Source of the DNA: an uncultured Candidatus Saccharibacteria bacterium
Lineage (GTDB): Bacteria; Patescibacteriota; Saccharimonadia; Saccharimonadales; AWTP1-31
NCBI GenBank assembly: GCA_964536985.1
Contig: CAZIBG010000001.1
Span: forward strand, 1 to 47,016
Length of the DNA stretch: 47,016 nt
Reading direction: 5' to 3'
The notes under the pieces were generated by a model, which was not told the DNA's origin, ran no database searches, and saw nothing but the letters and a program-made list of their open reading frames with translations. The translations under genes were made by a program, and so were the position numbers. The first letter of the stretch is position 1; every line of letters starts with the position of its first letter. Positions 34,799-44,079 of this stretch are shown piece after piece.

Positions 34799-35710
34799 CT
34801 ATTTAAAATAGACTTTCTCTTCCACGCGAGCGTCGATATATTCCTTGGGTACTATGTTCTGCTTCTGCAAATAGTTACGCATCGCCAAGTACTGCCCTGC
34901 TGAAAGGCGAGGGTCAGCCAGTAAACTAAACTTTACATAGAATGGCTCACCTTCCACCTGGAGGCGTAGTTCGGATGCTAGGGGCGGAAGAGTAAGCGTA
35001 GATATGGTGAGTTGCTTTGATTTCAACTGTCCAGCAAGTGTTGTAATAAATGTAACATCACTCCCTGCTAGTATGGCCTTGCCTGGTTTAACATTTAGCT
35101 GAGCTTCCTCTGAAACCAATACTGTATCAATAACGGTACCTGCTGGGATATCCTTAGCCTCTATCAACGCCTTCCCGCTAGAGCCGACTAAGTAGATGCC
35201 ATTTTGACTGGCAACGCGGAGGACGGGCCTAGAAACAACAGCTTCGACTATTGGACGATGGCCCATTAATGGTAAAACAACTTCTACACGATCAAGCTCC
35301 GGGAAGTTTGACATTAATTCTGATCGTATCTTTGCCGTATCAATAGTTATCTTATTTTTATTGAGCATGGAGGAGCTTAATATTGCATCGGCTGTTTGCT
35401 GGTACTCGCTCGCTTTTCGCAGCTCAGGCACGCCACTAGGACGAGTCACTACAAACTTTGCTGAGTCTGTAAGTGTTGTAGTGTAAAGCAAGCATCCCGC
35501 CAGTAATACAAACATCAGAATAATCGGTAGCCGCTTTGGGTCATTAACGTTAGCCATGACTGCTGCTTTTGCGACTGACTTTCGCTCCGTTGGAGCATTT
35601 ACTTCACGCGCCTGTCGACTCGCATGATAGGAGACGAATTGCCGGCTGTCTGATGACTGCCGCTGTGGTCGCTGACGACGAGAAGTATCTATTTTCTTCC
35701 GGGGTCTCAT
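34799..35710 (-). CDS. ftsQ: Cell division protein FtsQ/DivIB-like
   Basis: A basic N-terminus, a single TM helix and a POTRA/FtsQ-like extracellular domain. It is last in the dcw-like cluster and its start overlaps the murG stop (TAATG). Confidence 0.7.
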   Translation of the reverse strand: MRPRKKIDTSRRQRPQRQSSDSRQFVSYHASRQAREVNAPTERKSVAKAAVMANVNDPKRLPIILMFVLLAGCLLYTTTLTDSAKFVVTRPSGVPELRKASEYQQTADAILSSSMLNKNKITIDTAKIRSELMSNFPELDRVEVVLPLMGHRPIVEAVVSRPVLRVASQNGIYLVGSSGKALIEAKDIPAGTVIDTVLVSEEAQLNVKPGKAILAGSDVTFITTLAGQLKSKQLTISTLTLPPLASELRLQVEGEPFYVKFSLLADPRLSAGQYLAMRNYLQKQNIVPKEYIDARVEEKVYFK

Positions 35711-36894
35711 TATGAAGGATCTCCGACCTGAGACTTGGCATTTTTAGAGACCAGCAGTGCTAGTTTATGTGCCGCGTTGGTATCGCTGGTACTATGGAGG
35801 TTGCGTGCCAACTCGAGACGTCTGTGAGGGTTACCAAGCAGTAACTCAATCTGTTGCAGTAGCAATTCAGGATTTTTCTGAACAGACTCATCTGACAAAT
35901 TAACGATTGCTTTCTTGTCGGCCAAAATTTCTGCATTTTTGGTTTGGTGTCCTCCCGTAAGCTGATTATTCGGAACAATAATACAAGCCTTGGCCTGTAC
36001 CGCAAACTCTGCCATTGTCGATGCCCCTGCCCTTGAGATAATCACATCCGCCGCACCGCTATAGCGGTATAGATCGGTCACAAATGGCTCCACAATAATT
36101 CTATCAAGATCATGATCATTAACTTGTTTTCGGTACACCTCAGAAAGCTCCTCTTCTTTGCCCTTCCCGGCTATATGAAGAATTGCGAGTTTAGGATGAC
36201 GAGCCATGAGTTTCTTGGATATTTTTGCAACCGCCATGTTGAGTCTTTGGGCGCCCAAGCCGCCACCCGTTACCAGCAAGACTTCGGATCCAGCTGGAAT
36301 ACCGAACGAAGTCTTGTACTCCTTCTGAAGTGCAGCTGTAATGGTGGTATATACCTTGGAGATGGGTATACCGACCTCAAATGTCTTATTTGAGGGATAA
36401 GCATAAAGCTCTTTTGGCATTGCCACTGCATGAGCTGCTGCCCACCGTGCTATCAATCTATTAGCAAGTCCGGGAATGGCATCTGAGTCGTGTGTGACAT
36501 ACGGGATACGTAACAGTGCCGCCGCCAAGCCAATTGGTACGCCAACCTTACCTCCTTTGATGAAGATCACATCTGGCTGTAACTTTCTAACCAAAAAGAG
36601 TGCCTGTACGATGCCAATAATTACATAGAACAGATCCCTGATATTTTTGAGCAGTGTCGGTATGTCAAGGAACTGCTTCAGACCCTCTCCATGATAGCGT
36701 CTAAATTTACCCGAATAGACTCGGTGTATATCTTTTATTGCATGATGATCCCGTACAATGTCCGCCAACAGATCATCATTGCCAATCACATAGTCGATTT
36801 GATTTGATGGATTGAGCTTATGGAGCTCAGCGGCGACCGCTAACGCCGGGACGATATGCCCCCCGGAACCGCCGCCTACTATCAATACTTTCAT
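35710..36894 (-). CDS. murG: UDP-GlcNAc:lipid I GlcNAc transferase MurG
   Basis: MKVLIVGGGSGGHIVPALAVA is a typical MurG N-terminus. The ORF track offers an upstream ATG at 36918; either start overlaps the ftsW 3' end. Confidence 0.9.
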   Translation of the reverse strand: MKVLIVGGGSGGHIVPALAVAAELHKLNPSNQIDYVIGNDDLLADIVRDHHAIKDIHRVYSGKFRRYHGEGLKQFLDIPTLLKNIRDLFYVIIGIVQALFLVRKLQPDVIFIKGGKVGVPIGLAAALLRIPYVTHDSDAIPGLANRLIARWAAAHAVAMPKELYAYPSNKTFEVGIPISKVYTTITAALQKEYKTSFGIPAGSEVLLVTGGGLGAQRLNMAVAKISKKLMARHPKLAILHIAGKGKEEELSEVYRKQVNDHDLDRIIVEPFVTDLYRYSGAADVIISRAGASTMAEFAVQAKACIIVPNNQLTGGHQTKNAEILADKKAIVNLSDESVQKNPELLLQQIELLLGNPHRRLELARNLHSTSDTNAAHKLALLVSKNAKSQVGDPS

Positions 36895-38077
36895 TACTTC
36901 CCCGCTCCACTGTTTCATCTGTCATTACGCTATAGCTAGTATACCGCGAAATCTGAAATACTACCCCAACTGCCGCCGTAATAAATATTAAGCTTGTACC
37001 GCCGTAACTTATGAAAGGAAGAGTAATTCCTTTTAGAGGTAATAGCCCGATCATGGCTCCGATATTAATCATGGCTTGAGTGCTCAGCCATGCCAGCACG
37101 CCAACGGCTAGCAACCTACTATATGTGTCTGGTGCCCTCTCGATAATATTCTTTATGCGGGTAAAGAACGCCACAAACAAACCCAACAAAACACTAACCC
37201 CTAGGAATCCAAATTTTTCGGCAAGGATTGCAAAGATGGAATCGTTTGCAGCTTCTGGTAGATACCCATACGCTTGCACGCCCCTACCCAGTCCTAGCCC
37301 AGCTACACCTCCTGATCCTACGGCGATTAGTGCCTGACACGCCTGATAACCAGTGCTCTGGCAGTCTCTGGTTGGATTTAAGAATGTAGCAAAACGATCA
37401 CGTCGATAGCTACTAGAGGCTATCAACAATGTCGTTCCAGCCACGATCACGCAGCCAATTATTGCTATGCGTTTAAGCGGGAGCCCTACTACGAACACCA
37501 TGGCAGCCATAATCGCAACCATGACGCCCGTTGATCCAAGATCACTCTGTATGCGCGCTACAACAACAGCAATGATGGCTAGGGTTATCAGCAGAGGTTT
37601 AAAGGTGGCTTCCTTGTCGCCCAGCTGACCATTTCTGAGTCGGTCGCTCAAGAAGCCTGCCAGCCATATAAGTAAAGTGAACTTTATCAACTCTGCCGCC
37701 TGGAAGGATAATCCACCAAATTGTATCCATCGGTAGGCTCCGTTGATTTCTTCGCCCAATAGACGCACTGCAACTGCTGCAACAACAGATGCGATTAACA
37801 GTGGTCGTTCAAATTTTCGCCACATTGCTGTCGGAATGAATGACGTAACAATAAAAGCACCGATACCTAACATGACAGCTATCAACTGTTTTACGGCATA
37901 GTAGTTCTCGCCGACATTCTTCTGCGCACTTAAGCCGGGGCTGATAGCATAAACAACCACAAGCCCTACAGCCATCAGGACTAGGCTTAATGTTAGCAAA
38001 ATATAGTCTGGCTTGTGCCGACGTTGCACTTTGCCTAATACCGCCTTACGACGGACTGTATTGGATGATTGTCTCAT
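36827..38077 (-). CDS. ftsW: SEDS family peptidoglycan polymerase FtsW/RodA
   Basis: A polytopic membrane protein with SEDS-type conserved stretches (e.g. LPEAANDSIFAILAEKFG, LPFISYGGTSL), positioned between ftsI and murG. Confidence 0.9.
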   Translation of the reverse strand: MRQSSNTVRRKAVLGKVQRRHKPDYILLTLSLVLMAVGLVVVYAISPGLSAQKNVGENYYAVKQLIAVMLGIGAFIVTSFIPTAMWRKFERPLLIASVVAAVAVRLLGEEINGAYRWIQFGGLSFQAAELIKFTLLIWLAGFLSDRLRNGQLGDKEATFKPLLITLAIIAVVVARIQSDLGSTGVMVAIMAAMVFVVGLPLKRIAIIGCVIVAGTTLLIASSSYRRDRFATFLNPTRDCQSTGYQACQALIAVGSGGVAGLGLGRGVQAYGYLPEAANDSIFAILAEKFGFLGVSVLLGLFVAFFTRIKNIIERAPDTYSRLLAVGVLAWLSTQAMINIGAMIGLLPLKGITLPFISYGGTSLIFITAAVGVVFQISRYTSYSVMTDETVERGSNESIDSRRRFRGAYRPGVSGRR

Positions 38078-38107
38078 AGTGATTGACTCATTATACAGTG
38101 CTTATCC

Positions 38108-39874
38108 TTAGCTTCGTGGAGATACATTAAAATTATCTAGCAACATATTGGTTAAGCTAGTGAATATCGGTGCTGCTGCTCTAGATCCAGCATACCCCTT
38201 AACTCCTGGCTCGTTAACCCTTACGACAATGACATATTCAGGAGTGTCGCCTCCGACAAATCCCATGAATGTTCCGTTGAATCGATCTTCGTAATAACCT
38301 CCGCCCGGTTTAGCAATTTCCGCCGTACCGGTCTTACCACCAATACTATATTTACCATCTGGTTTCTTGAGTCCGTAAAGTGTGTAGTTGCGACCCACCA
38401 CCCCCTCCATCAAGGTTACTAACTCGCCGCTGACTTTAGAGCTGACGACATCCGTTTTGACCACTTTGGGTTTTGTAACAGTAGTCTTGTTAAGCCCGTC
38501 CGTTACCTGCGAAACGAGGTACGGTCGATAGTATGTGCCACCATTAATTGCCGCACTTAACGCCGCGCCCATTTGTAATGGCGTAGCTGTCATACCTTGT
38601 CCAAAAGAAGTATTGGCATATTGGATGTTAAGACCAAATCCGTCGCTAGGATCAGGCACCGTACCCTCTGCTTCGTACCCCTGCTCTACCCCTGTCGGCT
38701 TGCCGAATTGATAATGATCGACCATATATTCATGCCATGTGCTGCGAGCCTTCTGATTCACCTCGCCACCACCCATTTGCATTAATAACCACGTAGCGCC
38801 AGTGTTAAGAGAAAGTTCCAAGATGTCGGCTACGCTCCGAGTCCCGGCTCCGCCATCTTCTTCGATGTTCGAAACAGTGGCATCACCAATCTTATATTTT
38901 CCTGGATCAAAATAGGTCTGATTGGCCGAAACGACTCCTAAGTCTAATGCTGCCGCAGTTGTTAAGGGTTTCATTATGGAACCTACCTCAAGAGGAGCAC
39001 TAACGGCGGCATTATTAAATGTGTCACCGTCTTCAACTTTATAAAATTCTGCTGGATTATAGGTTGGATAATTTGCTATTGCCTTTATAGCTCCGGTACG
39101 GGGGTCCATAATAAGTGCACTTCCAGATTTGGACTGTGCCTTATCTAATCCTGCCTTCAGGATATCCTCTAGTTGTCGCTGCATAGAAACGTTGACCGTT
39201 AAACGTACCCGATCACCCATTTTCGGCTTAATTACGATGTTATCGGTGTTGGCGACCAGTGGTACGCCTTGAGCATCGGTTATCGCTTTTAGTTGCCCAG
39301 CTGTTCCTTTTAGCTGAGTATTCAGGGCTTGCTCCAGCCCATACTTACCCGTGCCTTCATCGTCAACAAATCCAAGTAACTGAGCCGCAAGATCACCCTG
39401 CGGGTAGATTCTAATAGTCCCCTCGCGCGTTCCAATTCCCTTTAATTCCAGCGCATCGAGCTGCTTTTTTTGGTCTTTGGTAAGCTTTTTTGCAAGGATA
39501 GCATAGCGGGTATCGAGCTTCATCTTTGACTCTATCTCGGATTGATTTCCGCCGATTATTTTCTGTATCTTAGCGGCCGCCGAGCTTGCATCCTTCACAT
39601 ACTGCGGATCGGCAAATAAGGTATACCGTTTTTCATTGAGCACTATAGCTACCGGACCCGAACTATCTTCGGCCTCAATTATTCCACGGTCTGCCGGTAT
39701 CTCGTATTGCTTGAGTTGCCCTTGTAGGGCTGACTTTTTATAGAAGTCATGTCGAATTACTTGAAGATAAAAAAGCCGAATGCCAAATACACCCATAACT
39801 AACAGCAGTGCTACGTACCATAACTGGATACGTCGAATAGGGTTTAGTATCTGGCCTGCGGCTTTATTGTTCAT
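38108..39874 (-). CDS. ftsI: Class B penicillin-binding protein (FtsI/PBP2-type transpeptidase)
   Basis: An N-terminal TM anchor, an SxxK motif (GSIMKP) and a KTG motif (GGKTGTAE). Its dcw position follows ftsL. Confidence 0.9.
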   Translation of the reverse strand: MNNKAAGQILNPIRRIQLWYVALLLVMGVFGIRLFYLQVIRHDFYKKSALQGQLKQYEIPADRGIIEAEDSSGPVAIVLNEKRYTLFADPQYVKDASSAAAKIQKIIGGNQSEIESKMKLDTRYAILAKKLTKDQKKQLDALELKGIGTREGTIRIYPQGDLAAQLLGFVDDEGTGKYGLEQALNTQLKGTAGQLKAITDAQGVPLVANTDNIVIKPKMGDRVRLTVNVSMQRQLEDILKAGLDKAQSKSGSALIMDPRTGAIKAIANYPTYNPAEFYKVEDGDTFNNAAVSAPLEVGSIMKPLTTAAALDLGVVSANQTYFDPGKYKIGDATVSNIEEDGGAGTRSVADILELSLNTGATWLLMQMGGGEVNQKARSTWHEYMVDHYQFGKPTGVEQGYEAEGTVPDPSDGFGLNIQYANTSFGQGMTATPLQMGAALSAAINGGTYYRPYLVSQVTDGLNKTTVTKPKVVKTDVVSSKVSGELVTLMEGVVGRNYTLYGLKKPDGKYSIGGKTGTAEIAKPGGGYYEDRFNGTFMGFVGGDTPEYVIVVRVNEPGVKGYAGSRAAAPIFTSLTNMLLDNFNVSPRS

Positions 39875-39880
39875 GTATTA

Positions 39881-40228
39881 CTAGTTACTAACGGTACCAC
39901 TTGGAGCGACACTAACCAAGCCTTTAGCGGCTTCGCTGTTCTTAACGCGGTCAAGAGCCTGCAAACGTGCAGATGCAATCTCGAGTTCGTCATGTTCTTG
40001 CTGAAGTTCAGTAGTTTGCGTTGTCAAAGAGTTAATCTTGTAACCGTAAGCATTTGTCTTGGTGACTTGCGTAAGGTATAGAAGGCCCAAAACGCACGCC
40101 AAGACAATAAGAATAATAGTGTTGCTGATTGGACCGAGAGCCCTATCGTCTTTTTTAAAAGTTGTAGTGTTTTGATTCTTAGAAGCAAACCGCTGGCGGT
40201 TCACTGCTAGTGAGGATGAATATGTCAT
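39881..40228 (-). CDS. ftsL: FtsL / septum-formation-initiator-like small membrane protein
   Basis: 115 aa with one TM helix followed by a coiled coil (LTTQTTELQQEHDELEIASARLQ), positioned between rsmH and ftsI. Confidence 0.7.
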   Translation of the reverse strand: MTYSSSLAVNRQRFASKNQNTTTFKKDDRALGPISNTIILIVLACVLGLLYLTQVTKTNAYGYKINSLTTQTTELQQEHDELEIASARLQALDRVKNSEAAKGLVSVAPSGTVSN

Positions 40229-40371
40229 AATGATTTCTTTGTTTTTGTTTTTTTGGTGTCCATCTCGCTGTTGAGCGAGATGGACGGAGAACTAATTAAA
40301 GTACTTTGACTCTAACTTTGTACGCACGGGATTGGCTTTTGACCTGGATAGGCATGCTAATTCCCTTTCTT

Positions 40372-41262
40372 TTATATTTTTATTTTCGCTGCGGCTCGCA
40401 GTTTTGCACTACGGGCACGCGGATTGGAAGCAATTTCAAGTTTGTCGCCGGTGACGGGTTTTTTTGTAAGGATAGTCAATTCTGCATCATAACCTCCACT
40501 TGCCCGTTCTGCGAACGCTTGTTTTACTAAGCGGTCTTCTAGGCTATGGAAGCTGATAACAGCAAGTCTTCCGCCTGGTTTTAAAAGAGTTACCCATAAA
40601 GGCAGTGCTTCTTTAACCTGACGAAGTTCGTCATTTACTGCGATACGTAAACCTTGGAAGGTCCGCGTTGCAGGATGAGTTTTACTCCTACCAAACTGTG
40701 TCTTGGCGACGATTTCTGCAAGGTGCGTAGTAGAAGTGATCGGTCGAGCTGCGATGATCGCTGTTGCAATCTTCTGGGCCCGGGGCTCTTCTCCGTATTC
40801 GCGCAGTACATACACAAGATCATCTTTAGAATAATCGTTGACGATGACGCCAGCGGTAAGTTCCTGAGATTGATCCATACGCATATCCAAGGGGCCATCC
40901 TGTTGAATAGCGAATCCTCGGCTTGCAATATTAAGGTGCGGCGATGACACGCCCAAGTCAGCCAGTATCATATCGAACTGTCTGCCCTGCAATACTAAGC
41001 TTTGGCTTGCGCTCAAAAAATCTGAGTGCAATATCTCGGCGCCATGATCAGAAAATCTTTCGGTCAGAAAGTTTATAGCATTCTGATCGCGATCGACTAA
41101 CGTTACTGGCCAACCATTCGTTTGCGCTCGTACTGCACCTGCGTGACCACCATACCCTGCCGTTAGATCCAAGTATGTTTCCTTGGGTTGGGGCTTAAGG
41201 TACTGTAGTACTTGCGTAAGCAGTACTGGCAAGTGAACGTGTTGTTGTATTTCTTCTGCCAT
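40372..41262 (-). CDS. rsmH: 16S rRNA (cytosine1402-N4)-methyltransferase RsmH (MraW)
   Basis: HLPVLL...YLDLTAGYGGHAGAV and ISFHSLEDRLVKQ motifs. Confidence 0.95.
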   Translation of the reverse strand: MAEEIQQHVHLPVLLTQVLQYLKPQPKETYLDLTAGYGGHAGAVRAQTNGWPVTLVDRDQNAINFLTERFSDHGAEILHSDFLSASQSLVLQGRQFDMILADLGVSSPHLNIASRGFAIQQDGPLDMRMDQSQELTAGVIVNDYSKDDLVYVLREYGEEPRAQKIATAIIAARPITSTTHLAEIVAKTQFGRSKTHPATRTFQGLRIAVNDELRQVKEALPLWVTLLKPGGRLAVISFHSLEDRLVKQAFAERASGGYDAELTILTKKPVTGDKLEIASNPRARSAKLRAAAKIKI

Positions 41263-41272
41263 CTTATCGAAC

Positions 41273-41376
41273 TTTTGGTGTTTTTGTTTTTATCACCGTA
41301 GTATTTATTCTACGCTGATTTTTCAAGATCACCTAATCAGCAGTTAACTTTTTGTTTTTTTGGTGTTTTTGTTTTT
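41273..41376. repeat. 19-bp exact direct repeat TTTTGGTGTTTTTGTTTTT (41273..41291 and 41358..41376) in the mraZ-rsmH spacer; a related copy lies at 40241..40258
   Basis: Read directly from the sequence. On the coding strand these are A/C-rich (AAAAACAAAAACACCAAAA) and lie just upstream of the rsmH and ftsL start codons. Confidence 0.7.
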
Positions 41377-41623
41377 GTGTAGCTGGAAACAATTGAGGGA
41401 GTTGCTATGTGCAGGTTGCCCTGTATAACGCTCCTTCTGTTTCTAGCAAAGTTTGAGAGACTTATGTGTGAGGTGGAGTTTTGGGAGGTGTTTTTTTTGA
41501 GTAAAGTACTAAGGTTTTTTGAGTGGTTGCCTTCAATCCACTTGTTAACTGCCGAATAGGTAACCTGGAACGGTTCTATTCGGTACCGACTAAATTGTTA
41601 AAGATCGTGTTGTATGCGGACTT

Positions 41624-41998
41624 CTATGCTGCAATCAATCGCCAATACCTACCAGCTCGAACGGCTATAACCGCCTTATCGATACCTGCAAACTCCAGCA
41701 ATGCTGGCTCTATAGTAATTCGCCCCTGTTTTTGATCCAGTGGACTCTCACTTTTGCCGGTACGGAACTGCACGTTGAGGTCTGCGACTTTTTCGTCAAG
41801 GATATTTCCCTGTAGTTGCGGTTCAACTTGTTCGTCCCAAACTGATTTTGGGTATATGTGAAGATATGATGAAAAGCCTTTTGTTACAACTACTCCGCTT
41901 TCAAACTCACTTCGAAGCTCAACAGGTATAGTTAACCTGCGCTTGTCATCAAGTTTGCGCTCAAAATAGTCGACGGAAGCCATCTCACCTTTCCACAT
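41624..41998 (-). CDS. mraZ: Transcriptional regulator MraZ
   Basis: DDKRRLTIPVELR and DQKQGRITIEPALLEF match the two SpoVT/AbrB-like halves. ATG 41998 (MWKGEM...) is preferred over the ORF-track TTG at 42028. Confidence 0.85.
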   Translation of the reverse strand: MWKGEMASVDYFERKLDDKRRLTIPVELRSEFESGVVVTKGFSSYLHIYPKSVWDEQVEPQLQGNILDEKVADLNVQFRTGKSESPLDQKQGRITIEPALLEFAGIDKAVIAVRAGRYWRLIAA

Positions 41999-42108
41999 TT
42001 TTTCGCCTTGTGAATCAAAGATTCTCAAGGAGTTTTGGTTGATTGATTGTTTTTATTTTTGAAGTGCCGCGGTTTATTGGAGTTTCGCCCTTTTGTTTTG
42101 TTTAGGCT

Positions 42109-42156
42109 TACCCACAATTACCCACTAACATGAGCATACTACCCACAGCTACCCAC
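42109..42156 (-). promoter_or_regulatory. Four phased GTGGGTA direct repeats; candidate MraZ operator
   Basis: TACCCAC occurs on the + strand at 42109, 42119, 42140 and 42150, with spacings of 10, 21 and 10 bp. The repeats lie 110-160 bp upstream of mraZ. Confidence 0.5.
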
Positions 42157-42198
42157 GACAAGTACTTTATTGGTAAAACGGCACAGTTTATGTCCGAG

Positions 42199-42235
42199 TT
42201 ATCCACAGTTCTGACTCTAATGAATTTTATCCACA
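42199..42235 (+). promoter_or_regulatory. Two perfect DnaA-box 9-mers TTATCCACA, 28 bp apart
   Basis: The 9-mers lie at 42199..42207 and 42227..42235 in the same orientation. On the mraZ coding strand they read TGTGGATAA, so they could alternatively be additional GTGG-type MraZ sites. Confidence 0.4.
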
Positions 42236-42252
42236 ACATGTAGTGTATGCAC

Positions 42253-42286
42253 AAAAAAATAGACACTACGCATTCGTAGTGTCTAT
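42253..42286 (-). terminator. Rho-independent terminator of 42311..42718
   Basis: A 12-bp perfect stem pairs atagacactacg with cgtagtgtctat (42259..42286) around a 4-nt loop. On the minus strand it is followed by TTTTTTT (the A run at 42253..42259). Confidence 0.75.
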
Positions 42287-42310
42287 TATTACTTTATATA
42301 AATATAGAGT

Positions 42311-42718
42311 TTATTTGTCGGGGGTAAAATCGCCCTTGACCTGGCCGCATGCTATTTCTCCAATATGTGGAACAATAACTATTTCGTCTCTTTCAATCTT
42401 CGGTACAGAGACATCTTCTCCCCAGAGGTCGCTCAGATCTCTCTCCATTTCACTGTTTGATCCGTCTTGTACTGTTCCGTTTTGGTCTTTTACTACCATG
42501 TCTTCGGTATCAGCACCTAAATCACTAGCTAAATTACCTAGCCCGCCCTTAGCAATATCGGCTGTTACTGGAACTATACAAGTTCCTTCAGGTCCTTTTT
42601 CGGATTTTAACAATAAACCACCGCCAAGTAGTACTGCTGTTGTTGTAAGGGCAGCCAATGGAGCTAAATGTCTACGCCTGTTTTGTACTGCTGTTGGTTT
42701 TTTGCTTAAATTACTCAT
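42311..42718 (-). CDS. Small secreted or membrane-anchored hypothetical protein (135 aa)
   Basis: The ORF-track start at 42922 would overlap the GH1 gene by 148 nt. ATG 42718 (MSNLSKKPTAVQNRRRHLAPLAALTTTAVLLGGG) gives a signal-anchor N-terminus. Confidence 0.55.
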   Translation of the reverse strand: MSNLSKKPTAVQNRRRHLAPLAALTTTAVLLGGGLLLKSEKGPEGTCIVPVTADIAKGGLGNLASDLGADTEDMVVKDQNGTVQDGSNSEMERDLSDLWGEDVSVPKIERDEIVIVPHIGEIACGQVKGDFTPDK

Positions 42719-42774
42719 GCCAGTATCATAACAAACATTAGCACTATTGTCAATATTATTAGACGAAGTATAGA

Positions 42775-44055
42775 TTACTTTCCGTTGGTCGGGAGTTCTC
42801 CCTTTTGGAACGACTTTATGCGGTGAGCATACCAAATTCCACTCGGTCGTATTGTTCGTTTCATACCGTGCTCCCGGTCGACATGCACCAGACCAAACTT
42901 TGGCCACCAACCATACTTCCATTCAAAGTTATCGAACAGGCTCCAGTGGAAATAGCCACGGAGATCGACACCTTCGCTCATTGCCCGCTCCATAGCCACC
43001 ATTGTTTCTTCTAGCCACCATTTTCGATACTGATCACCTGAATCAGCAACCCCATTCTCTGTAATATATATGGGCTTCTTATAATGCGCCCAGGTTCGAA
43101 TAAGCAATGGGTGCAGCCCCTCTGGCTCCATATACCAACCGAGGTCATTTTTGGGTGCGTCAGGATTATTTAGTTTGCCCGCCTTGTAGTAGTCGGAGAA
43201 ATAGTAGTTAAAGCCAACAAAATCAAGCTTTCTGGAAACTCTGTTCACGAACCACCAGTTCCAGAAGTATCGCATCCAGGCTGTCGATACAATATCAATA
43301 AGATTACCTGGCCGTTTAGCCTGAATATTGGCCATAGCAGGAGCTAAGCCAATCTGTAGTGTTGGGCTTGCCCTACGTAGTATGGCGTAGGCCTGCCGGT
43401 GAGCACGGGCGAGATTATAATAGACGGTAGCGAATCCAAAAACATTCTTCTCCTCGGGGACCCATTCTCCGATTAAGAAGCTAAACGTACTGTAAACGTT
43501 TGGTTCGTTGAGGGTGATGATGAATTTTAAGTCATCGGCATATTCATCAGCTATTTTCTGCACAAATCGCCGCCAATGCTTAAGGTTACGTGAACGTTTA
43601 AAGCCGCCCTCCGCAACAAACCAGTTAGGCATTGTCCAATGCCAAATATTTAAGAATGGTTCTAATCCGCGTTTGCGAAGTTGTCTTATGTAGTCACGGT
43701 AATGCTCTATGGCGGTCTCGTCCCAAACACCTTTTTCGGGTTCTATTCGAGACCATTCAATGCTAAAACGAAAGGCATTCAAGTTGAGTTTTTTGGCAAT
43801 ATCAAAATCCTCTTCGTAACGACGGTAATGGTCGATGCCTCGACCCGATACGTAGTTGGCAGGGTCAGTAGCCTGTTTGGCAATAGATTCCCAGTCTCCT
43901 ACAACATGTTGTAGCCGCTTCTTTGCTGTTCGAGCAAGCTCACTTGCATTTGCCAGCTCCCACTCACTCCATTGGTTTACGGTTTTGCCTTCTACCTGGT
44001 GACTGGCCGTACTCGCACCCCAGTAAAAATCTTTCGGAAATATGTTTTTTGTCAT
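42775..44055 (-). CDS. Glycoside hydrolase family 1 (beta-glucosidase-like)
   Basis: FRFSIEWSRIEP, the acid/base motif TLNEPN and the nucleophile motif ITENG. Confidence 0.9.
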   Translation of the reverse strand: MTKNIFPKDFYWGASTASHQVEGKTVNQWSEWELANASELARTAKKRLQHVVGDWESIAKQATDPANYVSGRGIDHYRRYEEDFDIAKKLNLNAFRFSIEWSRIEPEKGVWDETAIEHYRDYIRQLRKRGLEPFLNIWHWTMPNWFVAEGGFKRSRNLKHWRRFVQKIADEYADDLKFIITLNEPNVYSTFSFLIGEWVPEEKNVFGFATVYYNLARAHRQAYAILRRASPTLQIGLAPAMANIQAKRPGNLIDIVSTAWMRYFWNWWFVNRVSRKLDFVGFNYYFSDYYKAGKLNNPDAPKNDLGWYMEPEGLHPLLIRTWAHYKKPIYITENGVADSGDQYRKWWLEETMVAMERAMSEGVDLRGYFHWSLFDNFEWKYGWWPKFGLVHVDREHGMKRTIRPSGIWYAHRIKSFQKGELPTNGK

Positions 44056-44079
44056 TAGGGTAATTATACCCTACCCAGC

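Noticed and set aside
42199-42235. Interpreting the DnaA-box pair as the chromosomal origin.
   Set aside because: There are only two boxes here, with no adjacent AT-rich unwinding element or dnaA/dnaN genes in the window. A regulatory role at the dcw promoter is more parsimonious.
42243-42922. A + strand 162-aa ORF (42243..42731), and the upstream 68 codons of the minus-strand 203-aa ORF (42719..42922).
   Set aside because: The + strand ORF is antisense to a gene with its own terminator and signal anchor. The upstream extension would overlap the GH1 gene by about 150 nt, whereas ATG 42718 gives a sensible N-terminus.
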